Assembly: GCA_951406725.2 (NCBI GenBank)
Contig: OX597815.1
Coordinates: 143,406,001 to 143,470,000 of the forward strand
DNA: 64,000 nucleotides
Source of the DNA: Octopus vulgaris
Lineage: Eukaryota
Direction of reading: 5' to 3'
Shown in pieces: positions 40,372 to 53,869 of this stretch (the first letter of the stretch is position 1; each line of letters opens with the position of its first letter). The notes beneath the pieces were generated by a model. It saw only the letters and a program-made list of their open reading frames with translations. It did no database searches and had not been told where the DNA came from. A program made the position numbers and the translations under genes.

Positions 40372-40807
40372 CTGCAACAACTACTGCCAACAACTCCTGT
40401 AGTTTCTATTTGAACAAGCGTAAACCTTACATTATAGGAATCATGCACAGATGTCAATTTCGTGAATGATCATACTTGATTCCAAGTGATAGCCATGCAT
40501 GTTAACTGTGCAACATAATGCAGCGTAACTAACATTTCCTATTGTGCACCTTAATGCATTCTGACAGCTCTGTTGCACCATGCTGTACTATGCATTGTTT
40601 TTCAAGAAACATTCCCTTTAAGAATTCTCTCAAAGGAGATACAAACTTACAAAACCTCTATGAGGTCATGCAGTAGATGTAAGAGTTTTGCTCAACAATA
40701 TTTCACCTGAATTAGGATCGTAGAAAGTTGATTTTAGGATGATTTATAAAACATGCTTGTATGTGGGTCACATAACATGCACTCTACACTGATTGTTGTT
40801 GTTGTTG

Positions 40808-40841
<34 letters not shown>

Positions 40842-40921
40842 CATTATTATCATCATCATCATTTCTATGTAACCAATGCAGAGAAAAACCAGTTTCCAAA
40901 GCTTCTATTTTATATCTACAT

Positions 40922-41162
<241 letters not shown>

Positions 41163-42203
41163 ATGCATCCACAGACATATATGCACACACAAAAACATAT
41201 GCGTGAGCATGTGAAGTAATTTGATAAATATGTATAAAACTTACTATGTTCTGTCTAAAGTTACACGTATGTGGGAGTATCACAAAAATTACAGGGGGAT
41301 ATACCAAGTCTTTGAAGAAATACTTGCGTTCTACATTTTCATATGCACTGACATTCCATAGGAGTAGAGGTCACAGACAGTACCTTGTTGTATTTAAGTA
41401 CCATCAGTATCTACTATGGCTGATTTTGTTTTTGCAGCCCCAGGAGAGATGGGTGCAATGGGCCAATCAACAATGTTGTTGTTTGAATGCAGCTGAGCTC
41501 TAATAGATTAGATCTATGATCAAAGGCATTCCAGCCATGACCAACCTCTCTTTATCTAAATAATAAAGTATTCAGAACCATGTCATTCTGGTTACATGTG
41601 CCCTTTAACTGTTTTAAGATGGTAGAGTGTGATTTGAGAGCGGTTTGGCTGCATCTTAAATGACTATGGAGAGGCCCTCCTTTAAAGTATTAAAATGATC
41701 TAGTGATAAGAAATGAGTATGTGTTCAGATTTTGAAAGCTTGAATTTTAACTAATTAGACAATTCCCAAAAGCTATGTACCATCCTTATGATGAGGTTAG
41801 TTCAGTATATTGGGGTTATTCAGTTTTAATTAGTAAACCACTTTCCAACTTGTTCTATTGTGTGAAGTCAATATTCTACAGAAAGAAAGGCTTAAGAAAC
41901 ATATTTCTCAGGAAATAATTTGATAAATATATATATATATTCCATAAATTAAAGTTTGGTAAATATTGTTTATATATTTCTAAACTATGGACATGTAGCG
42001 AACCCAGGTAATGTTAGTTGGTCAAATTTACTTGTTTAACAAAATAGCTTTCACTGAGTTGTTCTAGGAGCCTGTACTAACGATTTCTTCCACAAAATAG
42101 GGATAACAGCAGCCCATCAGAGAAATGAACCCTGTGAGATGCAGTGACTGCTGCAGCAAGTGTTGCCGGCCATTGTCCATGGCAATGCCATCATGGTCAT
42201 TAC

Positions 42204-42276
42204 CATGGGGCACAGCTGAGAGCTGAGCATCCCACTTGTTCTGGAATATGTGGCCCATTGCCTCATGCCCTTCCAT
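42204..42276 (-). CDS. Candidate alternative first coding exon MEGHEAMGHIFQNKWDAQLSAVPH(G)
   Basis: AAGATGG start context, 24 codons plus 1 nt, ATG|GTAATG donor; locally GC-rich unique sequence. Confidence 0.3.
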
Positions 42277-44984
42277 CTTTCACTGCTTTACCCACCACCC
42301 ATTTCGTTTTCCTTTTCTTTCCTTTCTTACACCTCTTTTTTCCGTTTCTTTGTATTTAAATGTTTTAAATATAAGATGTCCAACAACAGCTGGTTTTACT
42401 TCAGGATAAAAAGACTGTATGGTCATTTTTTTTTTTTATGTATACTCTTCTAGTTTTTCAGATTTGAAGAAAATTTTTACATACTAGCATTTATACAGTA
42501 AACTCTTTCTTTGATTCATTAGTCTATATAATTTTCATCAGTAAATTTTGTTCCTTCCAGGAAAGTTATTGAATTATAAACTGAGAGCTCTAACAAAACC
42601 TATACCACCCATACAAGCATAGAAACATGTGTCTAGAACATCATACATATAATGTATACTTGCATGTATACATGCATGGGTGTATTTGTAACTGTATTAC
42701 TATCTGTACGTGTGTGAGTAAATGTATTTCTGTGCGAGTATGTATATGTCTGTGGGTATGTGCATGTATACTGGATACGTATATTAATATTGTACATGGT
42801 AGATATTCACAGATCACATCTTTTGGCTCAGGGCTAGTCTAAAGAAAATTAACAGAAAATTATCTGAATATAGAAAAGATTTTTTCTTAAATATCCTCAC
42901 CAAGAATTCATGAAAGTCAGCAGTACAAAGGAACACAGAAACATGTGAATAATAGTTTTGGGTTAGAATTAGGTACATTACAGCAAGGAAATGGTAGCAG
43001 GGAAAGGTCACTAAAAGGGATCAGGATTAGTGATAGGGTAGCTAGAAAGGTTAGGATTTCAGCCTAGGGTTAGGTATACAGACATGGTAGTTAAAAAAAA
43101 GCATTCTCCAAGACTGAGGCATCTGGCTGAGGAAGCAAATGAAAGAGAAAGGAACAATGGTTAAAACACTACCTTTGGAAAGTCTGCGTGGAAAAATACA
43201 ACACATACCTAGAGAAGAGAGAAACCAGAAGTCGGTGTTGAGGGATGATCATGCAATATTGATGGGGGTCAGCATAATCATCAAGTAGTGACCCCCAAAT
43301 TTATAGACAACATACACACAGTCTCTCTCTCTCTCTCTTGCTCCCACACACTCTCTCTCTCTCTCTCACACACACATGTTATACATGTATGTATGTTTCA
43401 TATATGGTGGATGTCTGCTCCTTGCAGAGCTTGACCTCTTCTTATACTTTTAATTGCTCTTTTCTTGAGTGAGGTCTTAAATGACTTTTGAGTCTTGAAA
43501 GGTGTTTGAAGAGCTGATCACATATACTGCAGCAACATCTCATTTCAGTGTTAACTCCATTTTCAATTCAGCTATTATAAATGTTCAAGTGATACTTCAA
43601 TCCTTCATGTGACCTGCAGATTTTTGGATAGGCACTGCACTGGAATACATACATATATAATACATATACATGTGTGTATACATACACACACGCATAAGGT
43701 GTGTGTATATGTGTGTTATGCGTGTGTGAGAGTGAGCTTACAAACAATGCATGTTCACACATACACATACTCACATGCATCAAAATACATACTTACAACT
43801 GTATACCCAACACACACAAACACATATATACAACTGATACAAATGCATTTTACACTAAACATACATACTGACATTCATTGATAATTATGCAACACATTGT
43901 GAAAATGATATGGAATGAATCATACACACTAACATTTGTCATACACTGACTTACACATGAGTGCACATGCAGTAGTAGCACTGTAAAACCATTAATCATG
44001 TCAGTCACATCAAACAGAAACATTTGAAATATCATTCATAAACATCTGAAATATAATCAGTGATGCCAATTTCGTCAAACAAACAGTATTACCAATAACT
44101 CCCTTATGACAATTTCATATTTCAGCAAACATTTTCAATGAACAGCTTCATCAAACATATTTCATCAAGAAATTTCATGAACCAACTTTATAAAACAGTT
44201 TCACCAGACAGATACATCCAAGCAGCTTTACAACAATTCAAATTTATTAATCAATCCCGTCAACGTTTGATCAAACAACAATATATGAACAGTCAAATCC
44301 AAAAGACATATACTAATTTCCGAAAGATATATACTAACTTCATCAAACAAAATTTAAGACAATTTTACCTGCAATTTCGCCAAACAATGTCACTGACCTC
44401 CTTGTTGTCAACTCTAACACAACTCATTCTTATGTAAGTGATTCCATACATCATCCCTACTTCACTGTCCACATACAGATATCATCTACATGCATCTTAA
44501 GACATTACACCAAACTACACCACCTTCATGGACAGAGATCTCAAAACATCCTATGTTGGGATTATGACAGTGCAGTATCTTACAACAACACAAGATACAA
44601 AGACAGTGCGTATATATCAAGAAACCAATCCTCTTTAGTCTTGGACAACACACAAGTAAAACTCAAAGTAACGATGAATGTTCAGTCAAACAACTACAAT
44701 ATCCACTGCCCTTTTGAACGGTTCTTCCCTGGCCAAACCACCCAACATGTACAGTTATTTTGCACTTCAACATAACACAACATGCAGCACCCGTCTTTCA
44801 TTCTTTTGTGACACATATTGAAACCTTTTCTCAAGAACTACATTAATCATTACACTTTAACTTTTCCTTCCAAGAACACCAACTCTCCGTAATCCCTTCT
44901 ATCACCACCAACGATCTATTTTCTACAAATGTCACTTGAGAGATGTTTAAGCTAAATATAAACCATACTGATCTGAGAAGTCAG

Positions 44985-45330
44985 AAGGTTAGCAAATGAA
45001 CACAGTCCTTTCCTCCAGATGATCAGTAATGGTTGTGAATATAGCCAATTCCTTTAGTTGGTCAGCAAATGTCACGAATACAGACCCTTCTCCAGAAGGT
45101 CAGCAAAAGTCATAAACACAGCCTACAAAGGGTCAGCAAAGGTCATGGTCACAACTCCTTTCTCACAACCCCTCCTTTCAGAGGACTAGCAAAAATCTTG
45201 AAGAGAGTCTCATTATTGCAAAGATCATGGATACAGACCCTTCTTCCAGAAAGTTAGCAGAAATCATGAAAACAAGCTCTTCCTTTAGAGAGTCAGCAAA
45301 GATCATGGACAAAGTTCCTCCCTCCTAATT
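44985..45330. repeat. Degenerate ~37-bp minisatellite
   Basis: Recurring AGA.GGTCAGCAAA..TCATG.ATACAGACCCTTC. Confidence 0.8.
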
Positions 45331-45519
45331 AAATTATAGAAATGCTAATCATCGAACAAACTTAACAGACAGACCCAATCTCATCCGTTTTATCAATTTG
45401 ATTACATCTTTTCACCAATAATTTCATCAAGCAACTTCAGTTGGATGAAACCTGTTTCCTCCAAGTTACATCAAGCAATTAACAAGAAAGCTTCTTCATG
45501 ATAAAATGCTTCTGTGATT

Positions 45520-45960
45520 ACTCAGTCTGATAGAGATAAAAAATCAAATCTTCCTGAAATGATATCTAATTATCTTAAAGAAAGAAGAAAGCACTGTATA
45601 ATATAGTCCTAGATACACTATACCTCAATAAAAGATGGAATGACCATGGCAAAAATACTGTTAATCATAGGTCTGCTGAATCAGGGCTGATCTTAAAAAG
45701 CTAAACAACAACAAAAAGTTACACATTATACAACATCGTTCCAAATACACTATATCGGAATAAAAGACTAGATAGTTACAGATGGATCGACTTTAATCAC
45801 TGGGCTACTAAATCAGAGCTGATCTGGAGCTAAACAACAACATTAAAAAATGTAACTTTAAATATATTTTATTTCAATAAAAGAGAGAAAGATCATAGTT
45901 AAAATGAATCTGATCCTAGGTCAGCTAGGTCAGAACTAACCTAGTGTTAGACAACTAAAT
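45520..45960 (-). repeat. Three tandem copies of an unclassified short repeat
   Basis: GATACACTATA...TAAAAGA...AGGGCTGATCT...GCTAAACAACAAC; reverse-complement relatives at ~665-870, 8175-8345, 16695-16810 and 41465-41680. Confidence 0.65.
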
Positions 45961-47444
45961 ATGAATTATATTTCCAAATAATATAACACACCTCAAATAA
46001 GCTGCCATTTTTTTTCGCAAAGACTGTTGTTAAAAATGAAGAGCAAATCTAATTTATCTCCTACTGAGAGCAGTAGTTCAATACAGATTTCTAAAGTATT
46101 AGCAGATATAATATAAATCTTCTTTGGATAGAACAACAGTCTATTGTAGCCAACATCTTTCATGGAAGAAATTAGGCTCAGCTGGGAAGCTTGGTTCCAT
46201 AGTGCTCCCACTATTTACAGAATTGAACTGTGCAATTATTTAGAGGGGATTTCTAGAAGTATTTTATTTATACAGAGGAAAAAGGGCAGTGTCCATGATC
46301 CTTTTTCAGGGCCTGTAAAACTGGTGAAGGAACCTGGCCTGAATGCTTGCAAGGGAGTGAGCTCTACTAAAGTCATTCATGAGCCAGGTGGTGGGGTTTT
46401 ATGCAATTTCTGCTAACTGGCTTGAGTTGACTCAAGGGCATGGTAAAATAGACTTACCCAAGGTGGAATTGAACCTGAACCCATGTAGTTGCAAAGCTAA
46501 CTTTTTAACAATACAGAGCAGACTATGAATTGTAACAGTTGTAGTGGAAACGGAAAATGCTAGAGAAATGTTCACACAATATAATTGAGAACAACAACAG
46601 CTGGATTATAATACACACATATACAAGTACACAGATAGATGCATACATTGTGTGTGTGTGTTTTAGGGGGTTTACTAATTTCATTAAAGTTGTTTTTGTT
46701 TTTCCTTGGCAGAATTTAAGCTAGTCATTTATAAAGTGGCATAGTTCTTTGTTTTGAGTTAAGAGAGTTCTTGCGGCTTATGCATATTTGAATTGGTTGG
46801 TGGTTGTGCGCCACTTAATGTGAGTGCTTTGTAACTGTTTAAGTATGTATGTGGCTGCATGTACATTCCATCTGTATATGTGGTTGTGTGCATGACTTAA
46901 GTCTAGAAACCTGAGATGGAGAATCCCTGGAATATTTTACAAATTTTCACTCTATGACCAACAGAGTGTATTTGGGGGATGCAAACTAGTTCACCTTTCT
47001 TTAAGATAATTTGATATTTTGTTTTTTGAAAACTTCGGCAATTCAAAGCTTTTTATGTAAATTGGCTATTACATAACCCAGCCAAAAGGTTTTTCAGGTT
47101 GATTTATCAGATTCTGTGGTCTATACATTTTTCCTGTTTCCAAGAAAGGTAATATTTTCCCATGACCAGACATGTTCTTGAGGAATGTCAGAAATAAATG
47201 ACACTGTTTGTATGACAGAGATACTTGTTTATAACTATCACACAATGTCAATAGACACACACACACACAAACACAAACATACACACACATTCTATTTTGG
47301 GGAAGGGCATCCAGCCATAAAACACATACCAAAGCAGACATTTGGTGCCTGATGCAGTCCTTGGACACATCAAATCCTGCCAAGTCATCCAACTCATGCT
47401 GGTATGGAATATGGACGTTAAATGATGGGGAAGGTGATACAACA

Positions 47445-47600
47445 TGGTTCTTTCGGTTTCCATCTTCCAAATCCACCTACCAGACTTTGATCAAGCTAGG
47501 ACTGTAGCAGAAGACACTTGCCCAAGGTACCACGCAGCAGGACTGAATTCAGAGCTACATGGTTGGGAAGCAAACATTTACCACACAGCTTCACCTGCAT
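47445..47600 (-). mobile_element. SINE family B 5' part
   Basis: GAAGACACTTGCCCAAGGTACCACGCAG CORE-like block. Confidence 0.8.
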
Positions 47601-47983
47601 TGTCCAGAAATATTCCCTTCCCCATTGATCTGAATATAAATGCCAAAACTTGCAGGGAAGCTGACCTCTATAACAGTATATGATTTTGTCTTTCAGTCTT
47701 GACCAATTATATCATGCCTGTTATGTCTGCATTTGGCAGAAGTTTCAATGGGAATATTCTACCAATGAAATTTTGAGTCGATGTGAATGTCTATAAATAT
47801 GTACAGACATATGTGCAAGTGTATATACACATATGAATGTATCTGCATATATACATAGACATGTATGCCTGTCTGTCTGTACATAGGTATGCCTGTATGC
47901 ATGGAGCAATGTCTGTGTATATGTAGGAAGCATATATCAATGTATGTGTGTATACATATATGTATATGGCTACAAATGCATAA

Positions 47984-48057
<74 letters not shown>

Positions 48058-50299
48058 AGGGATGGCTATATATATATATATATATAGGTATATACATACA
48101 TATTCACATATATACATATGTACATACCTAATTACATACTTACAAAAGCATGTACATACATTGATGCCTGCATACATACCTACATATTTACATTATCACA
48201 CACACACATATATATTCATGTACATACACATATATCTACCCATATATACATTCATACATATGTAAATGCATAAATATATACACCTCTAAGCACAAGTAAT
48301 CGTGCACATGCAACCCCTCCCCCCACACACACACATGTATATATATACGTACATACACAGATGACATATATGCAGACGCATTCTCATCAAGCAATCTGTT
48401 AAATTACCCAAGGTAATGAGAGGACATAAATAGAGGAAATGGAATGGAAGAACACCAACACCACCAGCAATAGTAATAACAACAACAATAGCAACGAAAC
48501 CAGTAATGGCAACAACAACAAAAGCAACAGCATAACAAAAGCAGTTTAGCAACAACAACGACAACTACTACTACAGTAGAATCTAAGATTACAACAACAA
48601 GAACAGAGATGACAATAATACCAGCAGCAACAACAATGTATAACAACAGACTCAATGACACTGTATTTACAGTGTGTGTGTGTGTGTGCGTGTATGGATG
48701 CGTATATGTGTATGTGAGAGAGTGTGTGTGTGTGTATGTTTATGAGAGAGAGAGAGCAGAGGGCTAGTTTAAGTAAGTCCCTGCATCCCTTTCAGTGTTT
48801 GACCACTACTGTTGGATTGCTTTTTGTGGGGAGCAGGGTTGGGGCTAAAGTGAGGGTATGACCACATCTCATATGTCCATACATTAAACACTGTCCTTCA
48901 TTAGAATAGAGTGGCTTACAATCACTGAAGCGAGACATTCAACTGACCAAAACATTATTTCCGAAATGTAGACGTGATAAGAGAAAATATGTATAATGGT
49001 TGGGGACATTTGGTGGCAGGACATTGAGGAAAGCTGGACAACTGGATGACCAAAACATCTACTCAGAAAATATAATTAGTTAAGGAATTTTATCAAGGAT
49101 TTGAGTCAGTTGCAACAAAATCACCTGAGGTGCAGAAAGAGAAAATTTATCAGTTGAAATAGATTAAAATGATTAGTTAGATTAACAAGATTAAAAAGAC
49201 TGATTACACAGGTTAATGACAGATCAAGAATAATCACTCAGGTTAAGGAGTTATGTTAAGTTAATGAGTAAATAAGATCAGTTATATAAAAACCTGATTG
49301 GTCAGTCAAAATGCCAACTCAATGAGTCAAGGTCAGCTTTATAAATTAGATTGGTCAAATGAATGAGATTTTTTGATTAGGTTAATGATATTAATTGTAG
49401 ATGGTTAATTAAAAGTTGCAGATGCAGTTTAATCAGCTTTGCCATTTCCAGCTATAAAATACCTTATCAGCTTTTAGAACCTTCAATTTTAAATATTTAA
49501 CAACGTGAGTCTTGGAGATTTCTACAACATGATGATATCAGTATTGTTTGGTTAGAAGTAGAGATTGAAAGTTAGAGCTATAAATCATTTTATTCTTTGC
49601 CTATTCCTGAGCACATAAGGATGAAGATGGATATACTCTCAGCAAAACTCTAATCACTTTCTTAAAATATTTACCATCTTACAAGAGAGAATATACGCAT
49701 CAGCAATTAAGAAGATAAAAAGCAGATGATTAATTCTTTTCCACTTTGGTAATAGTTTAGTTCATTTCTATAGTGTTAGTCTTAATTACTAATATGTAAT
49801 TAAACATCTTATCTACATATTTCTAAATAGAATATCCCAATTATATATTTCTTATTACTAGCCCAAATAATAAATATTTGATTATCCAAATTAATTACAT
49901 ATATCGAAATATAAAGTCCAAATGATAAAATTCTAATTAAACAAAATAATTATATACCTCTAAATATATAATCCAAATGAGGCATCTTTAATTACATACA
50001 TAAGTTACCTCTGCTCTAGAGACTTACTCAGGAATAGTGAATAGCATGCCTATTACAGCTGCTACTACTACACACATACACAGATAGAAATTAACTATAC
50101 ATAATATAGATTGCACCCACTGATCTATTGTCCTCTCCTTGCATCTGCAAATATCTATTACAACAGTTTTGACTCCACTCATTTTACAATACCAGTGAAT
50201 GTCTTATTCACTGTTTCTTATAAAATGAATGCAACAATTTGTATATGGCTGGCTGTGAGTACACAGCATTGAGAAGGCCCAAGGAGCTGAGTAGCTGAA

Positions 50300-50705
50300 G
50301 GGCTGGTCAGGCTCCATGTCTATTTTGGTATGGTTTCTACTGTTGGATGCCCTTCCTAGCACAAACCACTTTTCAGAATGTATTGCGTGCTTTTACACAG
50401 CACCCAGTACACTCTGTACTGGGCATGGGTGATTTTAACATGGCACCAGCACCTACGAACCCACAAGATTAGGGATGCTCAGTTGGTGAGGCTGTATGCA
50501 GGGGTAATCATGCTTTTACCTAGCTTGACCTGTCTTTCCAAACCACCAGAAGTCTTAGTCCTGTCATCCCCTCTATGAGTCCCAATGTCTGTAGATCCTT
50601 TTTCACCACTTTGTCCCCTGCCTTCCTGGGCCTACCCCTTCAACATGTTCCCTCTACAATTACAGATTGGCACCTCTTGATGCAACTGTCTTCATTCATA
50701 CACAT
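50300..50705 (-). pseudogene. RTE LINE 3' fragment
   Basis: Minus translation VEGTC*RGRPRKAGDKVVKKDL, followed by UTR motif GGAAGGGCATCC. Confidence 0.75.
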
Positions 50706-50794
50706 TATAATTATATACATATATATCATCATCATCATCATCATTTAATGTCCACCTTCCATGCTGGCATGGGTTTTATATATATATATATATA

Positions 50795-51220
50795 TATCAC
50801 CTTGATCACCTTGACTGACCAGTCCATCGGGCGTCCATTTGACACCGCTGGTCACAGTACACTGTCCATTCCTCTCTGGATCACGCCTTTCTCATCCACG
50901 TGATCCCAATCGCCCTCCTGAAATCGTAACTCCACCATCGTGGAGGCCTTCAGAGTGGTCGTTTCCACTCGAGCGGGTACCACTCGATTACTGCGCAGGT
51001 CCACTGATTATCAGTGAGCTGGGCGATGTGTCCAGCCCATCTAAACTTGCTGCGTGCATATATCCCTCACACTGGACTTCTCTCTGATGACCTCGCTACT
51101 GATGTTCTCTCTCAACAAGATTCTAAGCATTGATCTCTCCGTCGCTCTTTGAGCCGTAACCAATCTCTGTTCTTCTCTCTTTGTTGTAGCTCATATTTCG
51201 CTACCATTCACCATAGCATT
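50795..51220 (-). pseudogene. Second RTE-family LINE 3' fragment
   Basis: Minus translation AMVNGSEI, QRLVTAQRATERSML, KFRWAGHIA, EWYPLEWKRPL*RPPRW; (CAAGGTGAT)n tail. Confidence 0.88.
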
Positions 51221-51337
51221 AGAGGGGTTTAGCTCTTATTTCTAGCAATGTAGGTGTTTCGTAACACCCCTGTCACATTTAGTGACAATTGTCCTTTTTG
51301 GTGAAACATTGCAAACTGCTGTTTATATTAATTTTAT

Positions 51338-51424
<87 letters not shown>

Positions 51425-51426
<2 letters not shown>

Positions 51427-51725
51427 CATCGTCGTCACCATTTTCACTATCATCATTTAGCATCCATTGTCCATGCTGGCATGGGTTGGACGGTTTGATT
51501 GGGCTGACATGCTGATTTGGCATGGTCTTCTATGGCTGGATGCCCTTCCTAAAACCAATCACTCTGAGAGTGTAATGGGGACTTTTACGTGCCACCAGCA
51601 CAGGTGCCATTTGCACGACACCATGACTGCGATTTTGCTTGATTTGATGGGTCTTCTTCTCAAGCACAACATAATGCCAAAGATCTTGGTCATTGCCTCT
51701 GTTGAGGAACTCAGCCATCCCACCT
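51425..51725 (-). mobile_element. RTE 3' end/UTR (same subfamily as 8560-8948)
   Basis: ORF 51530-51718 DQDLWHYVVLEKKTHQ is identical in part to 8441-8782. Confidence 0.85.
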
Positions 51726-51759
51726 CCATACAGACAGAGAGAGAAAAAGGGGAGACACA

Positions 51760-52498
51760 GGCATGAGTGTGTGATTAAATTTGCTTCTCAACTATGTGGC
51801 TTCAGGTTCAGTCCCACTGCGTGGCACCTTGGGCAAGTGTCTTCTACTATAGCCTTGGGCTGACCAAAGCCTTGTGAGTGGATTTGGTGGACGGAAACTG
51901 AAAGAAGCCTGTCATATATATATATATATGACAGCGCATGACACTTGTGAAGACCTGTTGAGGCAAGTGAGAATCGAATCGTATCGAATCATATCGAACC
52001 AAATCAAAATAGATGAACATCAATGGAATTTGTATCCTTGTGGTACCAGTGCCGGTGGCACATAAGAAAACCATCCGAACGTGACCGTAGCCAGTACCGC
52101 AATGACTGGCCTCCGTGCTGAGGGCACGTAACAAACACCATCCGAGCGTGGCCGTCCGCCAGCCTCGTCTGGCACCTGTGTCGGTGACACATAAGAAAAC
52201 ACCATCCGAGCGTGGCCGTCTGCCAGCCTCGTCTGGCACCTGTGTCGGTGGCACATAAAAAACACCATCCGAGCGTGGCCGTCTGCCAGCCTTGTCTGGC
52301 ACCTGTGTCGGTGGCACATAAAATCACCCACTACACTCTCGGAGTGGTTGGCGTTAGGAAGGGCATCCAGCTGTAGAAACACTGCCACATCTGACTGGCC
52401 TGGTGCAGCCTTCGGGCTTCCCAGACCCCAGTTGAACCGTCCAACCCATGCTAGCATGGAAAGCGGACGTTAAACGATGATGATGATGATGATGATGA

Positions 52499-52547
<49 letters not shown>

Positions 52548-52825
52548 TGTATGTATGTATGATGGGCTTCTTTCAGTTTCATATCTATATATGTGTGTGT
52601 GTGTGTATATGTTTGTGTGTCTGTGTTTGTCCCCATCAACATCACTTGACAACCAATGCTGGTGCATTTACATCCCTGTAACTTAGCAGTTCGACAAAAA
52701 GAAATCCAATAGAATAAGTACTAGTCTGACAAAGAATAAGTCCTGGGTTCAATTTGCTTGACTAAAGGCATTGCTCTAGCAAGGCAGCAGTCAAAATGAC
52801 CGGAACAAGCAAAAAGAAGAATAAA
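51760..52825 (+). mobile_element. SINE family B interrupted by a young RTE 3' UTR (51930-52500)
   Basis: Head at 51760-51912, tail at 52600-52825; insert starts with GAAGACCTGTTGAGGCAAGTG as at 63971 and is CpG-rich with ~64-bp tandem repeats. Confidence 0.88.
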
Positions 52826-52837
52826 AACTGTACGAAA

Positions 52838-52872
<35 letters not shown>

Positions 52873-53227
52873 TATAAATGATTGGATGTATGAATGAGTG
52901 CGTGCATGTGTATGTGTGTGTGCGCGCATCTTTTGTATTAGTGTTATTGTGAATGTTTACATTCTCTGGAGCAGAAGAGAAAATGGAAAAAGCAAAACTC
53001 CAAACAGTGAAGTCTGCAGGTAATTCTCTGTCAACAAATTGTCCACTGGGTTTGCACTTTCAAAAGGCACGTGAAATAAAGAATACCTTACTAGAAAAAC
53101 AGGTAAGGCTGCAAAACAATGCATCATGGCCTTTTATGTTTACGACGTATTTGTATGTATTCATCTAACCCATGTTGGCATTGAAAAGCAAGAATAAAAT
53201 GAACAAATATGTATATATGTATATATT

Positions 53228-53287
<60 letters not shown>

Positions 53288-53309
53288 CGAGAGAGAGACA
53301 GGCAGATAT

Positions 53310-53480
53310 GGGAGTGTGCTAATGAAAAGTTCCTGGCTTTAAAGGTATCAACAAAAGCCTAGTTGGAGGCCCAACCTTCTGAGTTCTTTTGCAGGGCTCA
53401 GAAAAACTGAAGGACTGCTGCTGTAAGTGTGTGAATCTGAGAGCGGAATATGTTAAATAAAATCATAACTAACTATACTG
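53310..53480 (+). mobile_element. mariner-derived non-autonomous fragment
   Basis: TGAAAAGTTCCTGGC TIR-like start; translation KCVNLRAEYVK* resembles the mariner transposase C-terminus. Confidence 0.6.
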
Positions 53481-53511
53481 AAAAATCAGAAAAAATTTCA
53501 ATACATGTGTA

Positions 53512-53807
53512 TATTTAAGGAAACCACTAGGTGGATAACCATATGCTAGAAGAAGGTCACATATGATCTAAGTATAAAGAAAAAACTGAAAGTGGAATGA
53601 TCGTACTAACGAGTTCTACGTAAGTAATTTATTCGTTAATCGATGAAACCGGTATATGATTAATTCTTGATTTTCATTTAATTTTCATCTGTCTTGCCCG
53701 ATTATGTTCTGGGGTTTGCTGAATTTTCTCTGGAGAACACTTTTTCTTTGTAGTTAGATCGTATGTGATCTTTTAGCGTATGGTTATCCACCTAGTGGTT
53801 TCCCTAA

Positions 53808-53810
<3 letters not shown>
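53512..53810. mobile_element. Penelope-type element remnant with ~72-bp inverted terminal arms
   Basis: 53512-53585 pairs with 53741-53810 (AAACCACTAGGTGGATAACCATA / TATGGTTATCCACCTAGTGGTTT); spacer holds a hammerhead-like motif; abuts (CA)n/(TA)n. Confidence 0.75.
53598..53662 (+). ncRNA. Degenerate minimal hammerhead ribozyme
   Basis: TGATCGTA CTAACGA G...T GAAA CCGG TA TATGATTA: 8-bp stem I (two G-U), core CUAACGA (G to A), palindromic ACCGGT stem III. Confidence 0.6.
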
Positions 53811-53860
<50 letters not shown>

Positions 53861-53869
53861 CACACACAT

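Noticed and set aside
40553-40598. Small AATGCAT...ACAGC/GCTGT...ATGCATT hairpin as pre-miRNA
   Set aside because: Only about 12 bp of pairing with an internal loop; too short and no known mature sequence.
52060-52325. Regularly spaced repeats resembling a CRISPR array
   Set aside because: Units are tandem without unique spacers, lie within a LINE 3' UTR, and the context is eukaryotic with no cas genes.
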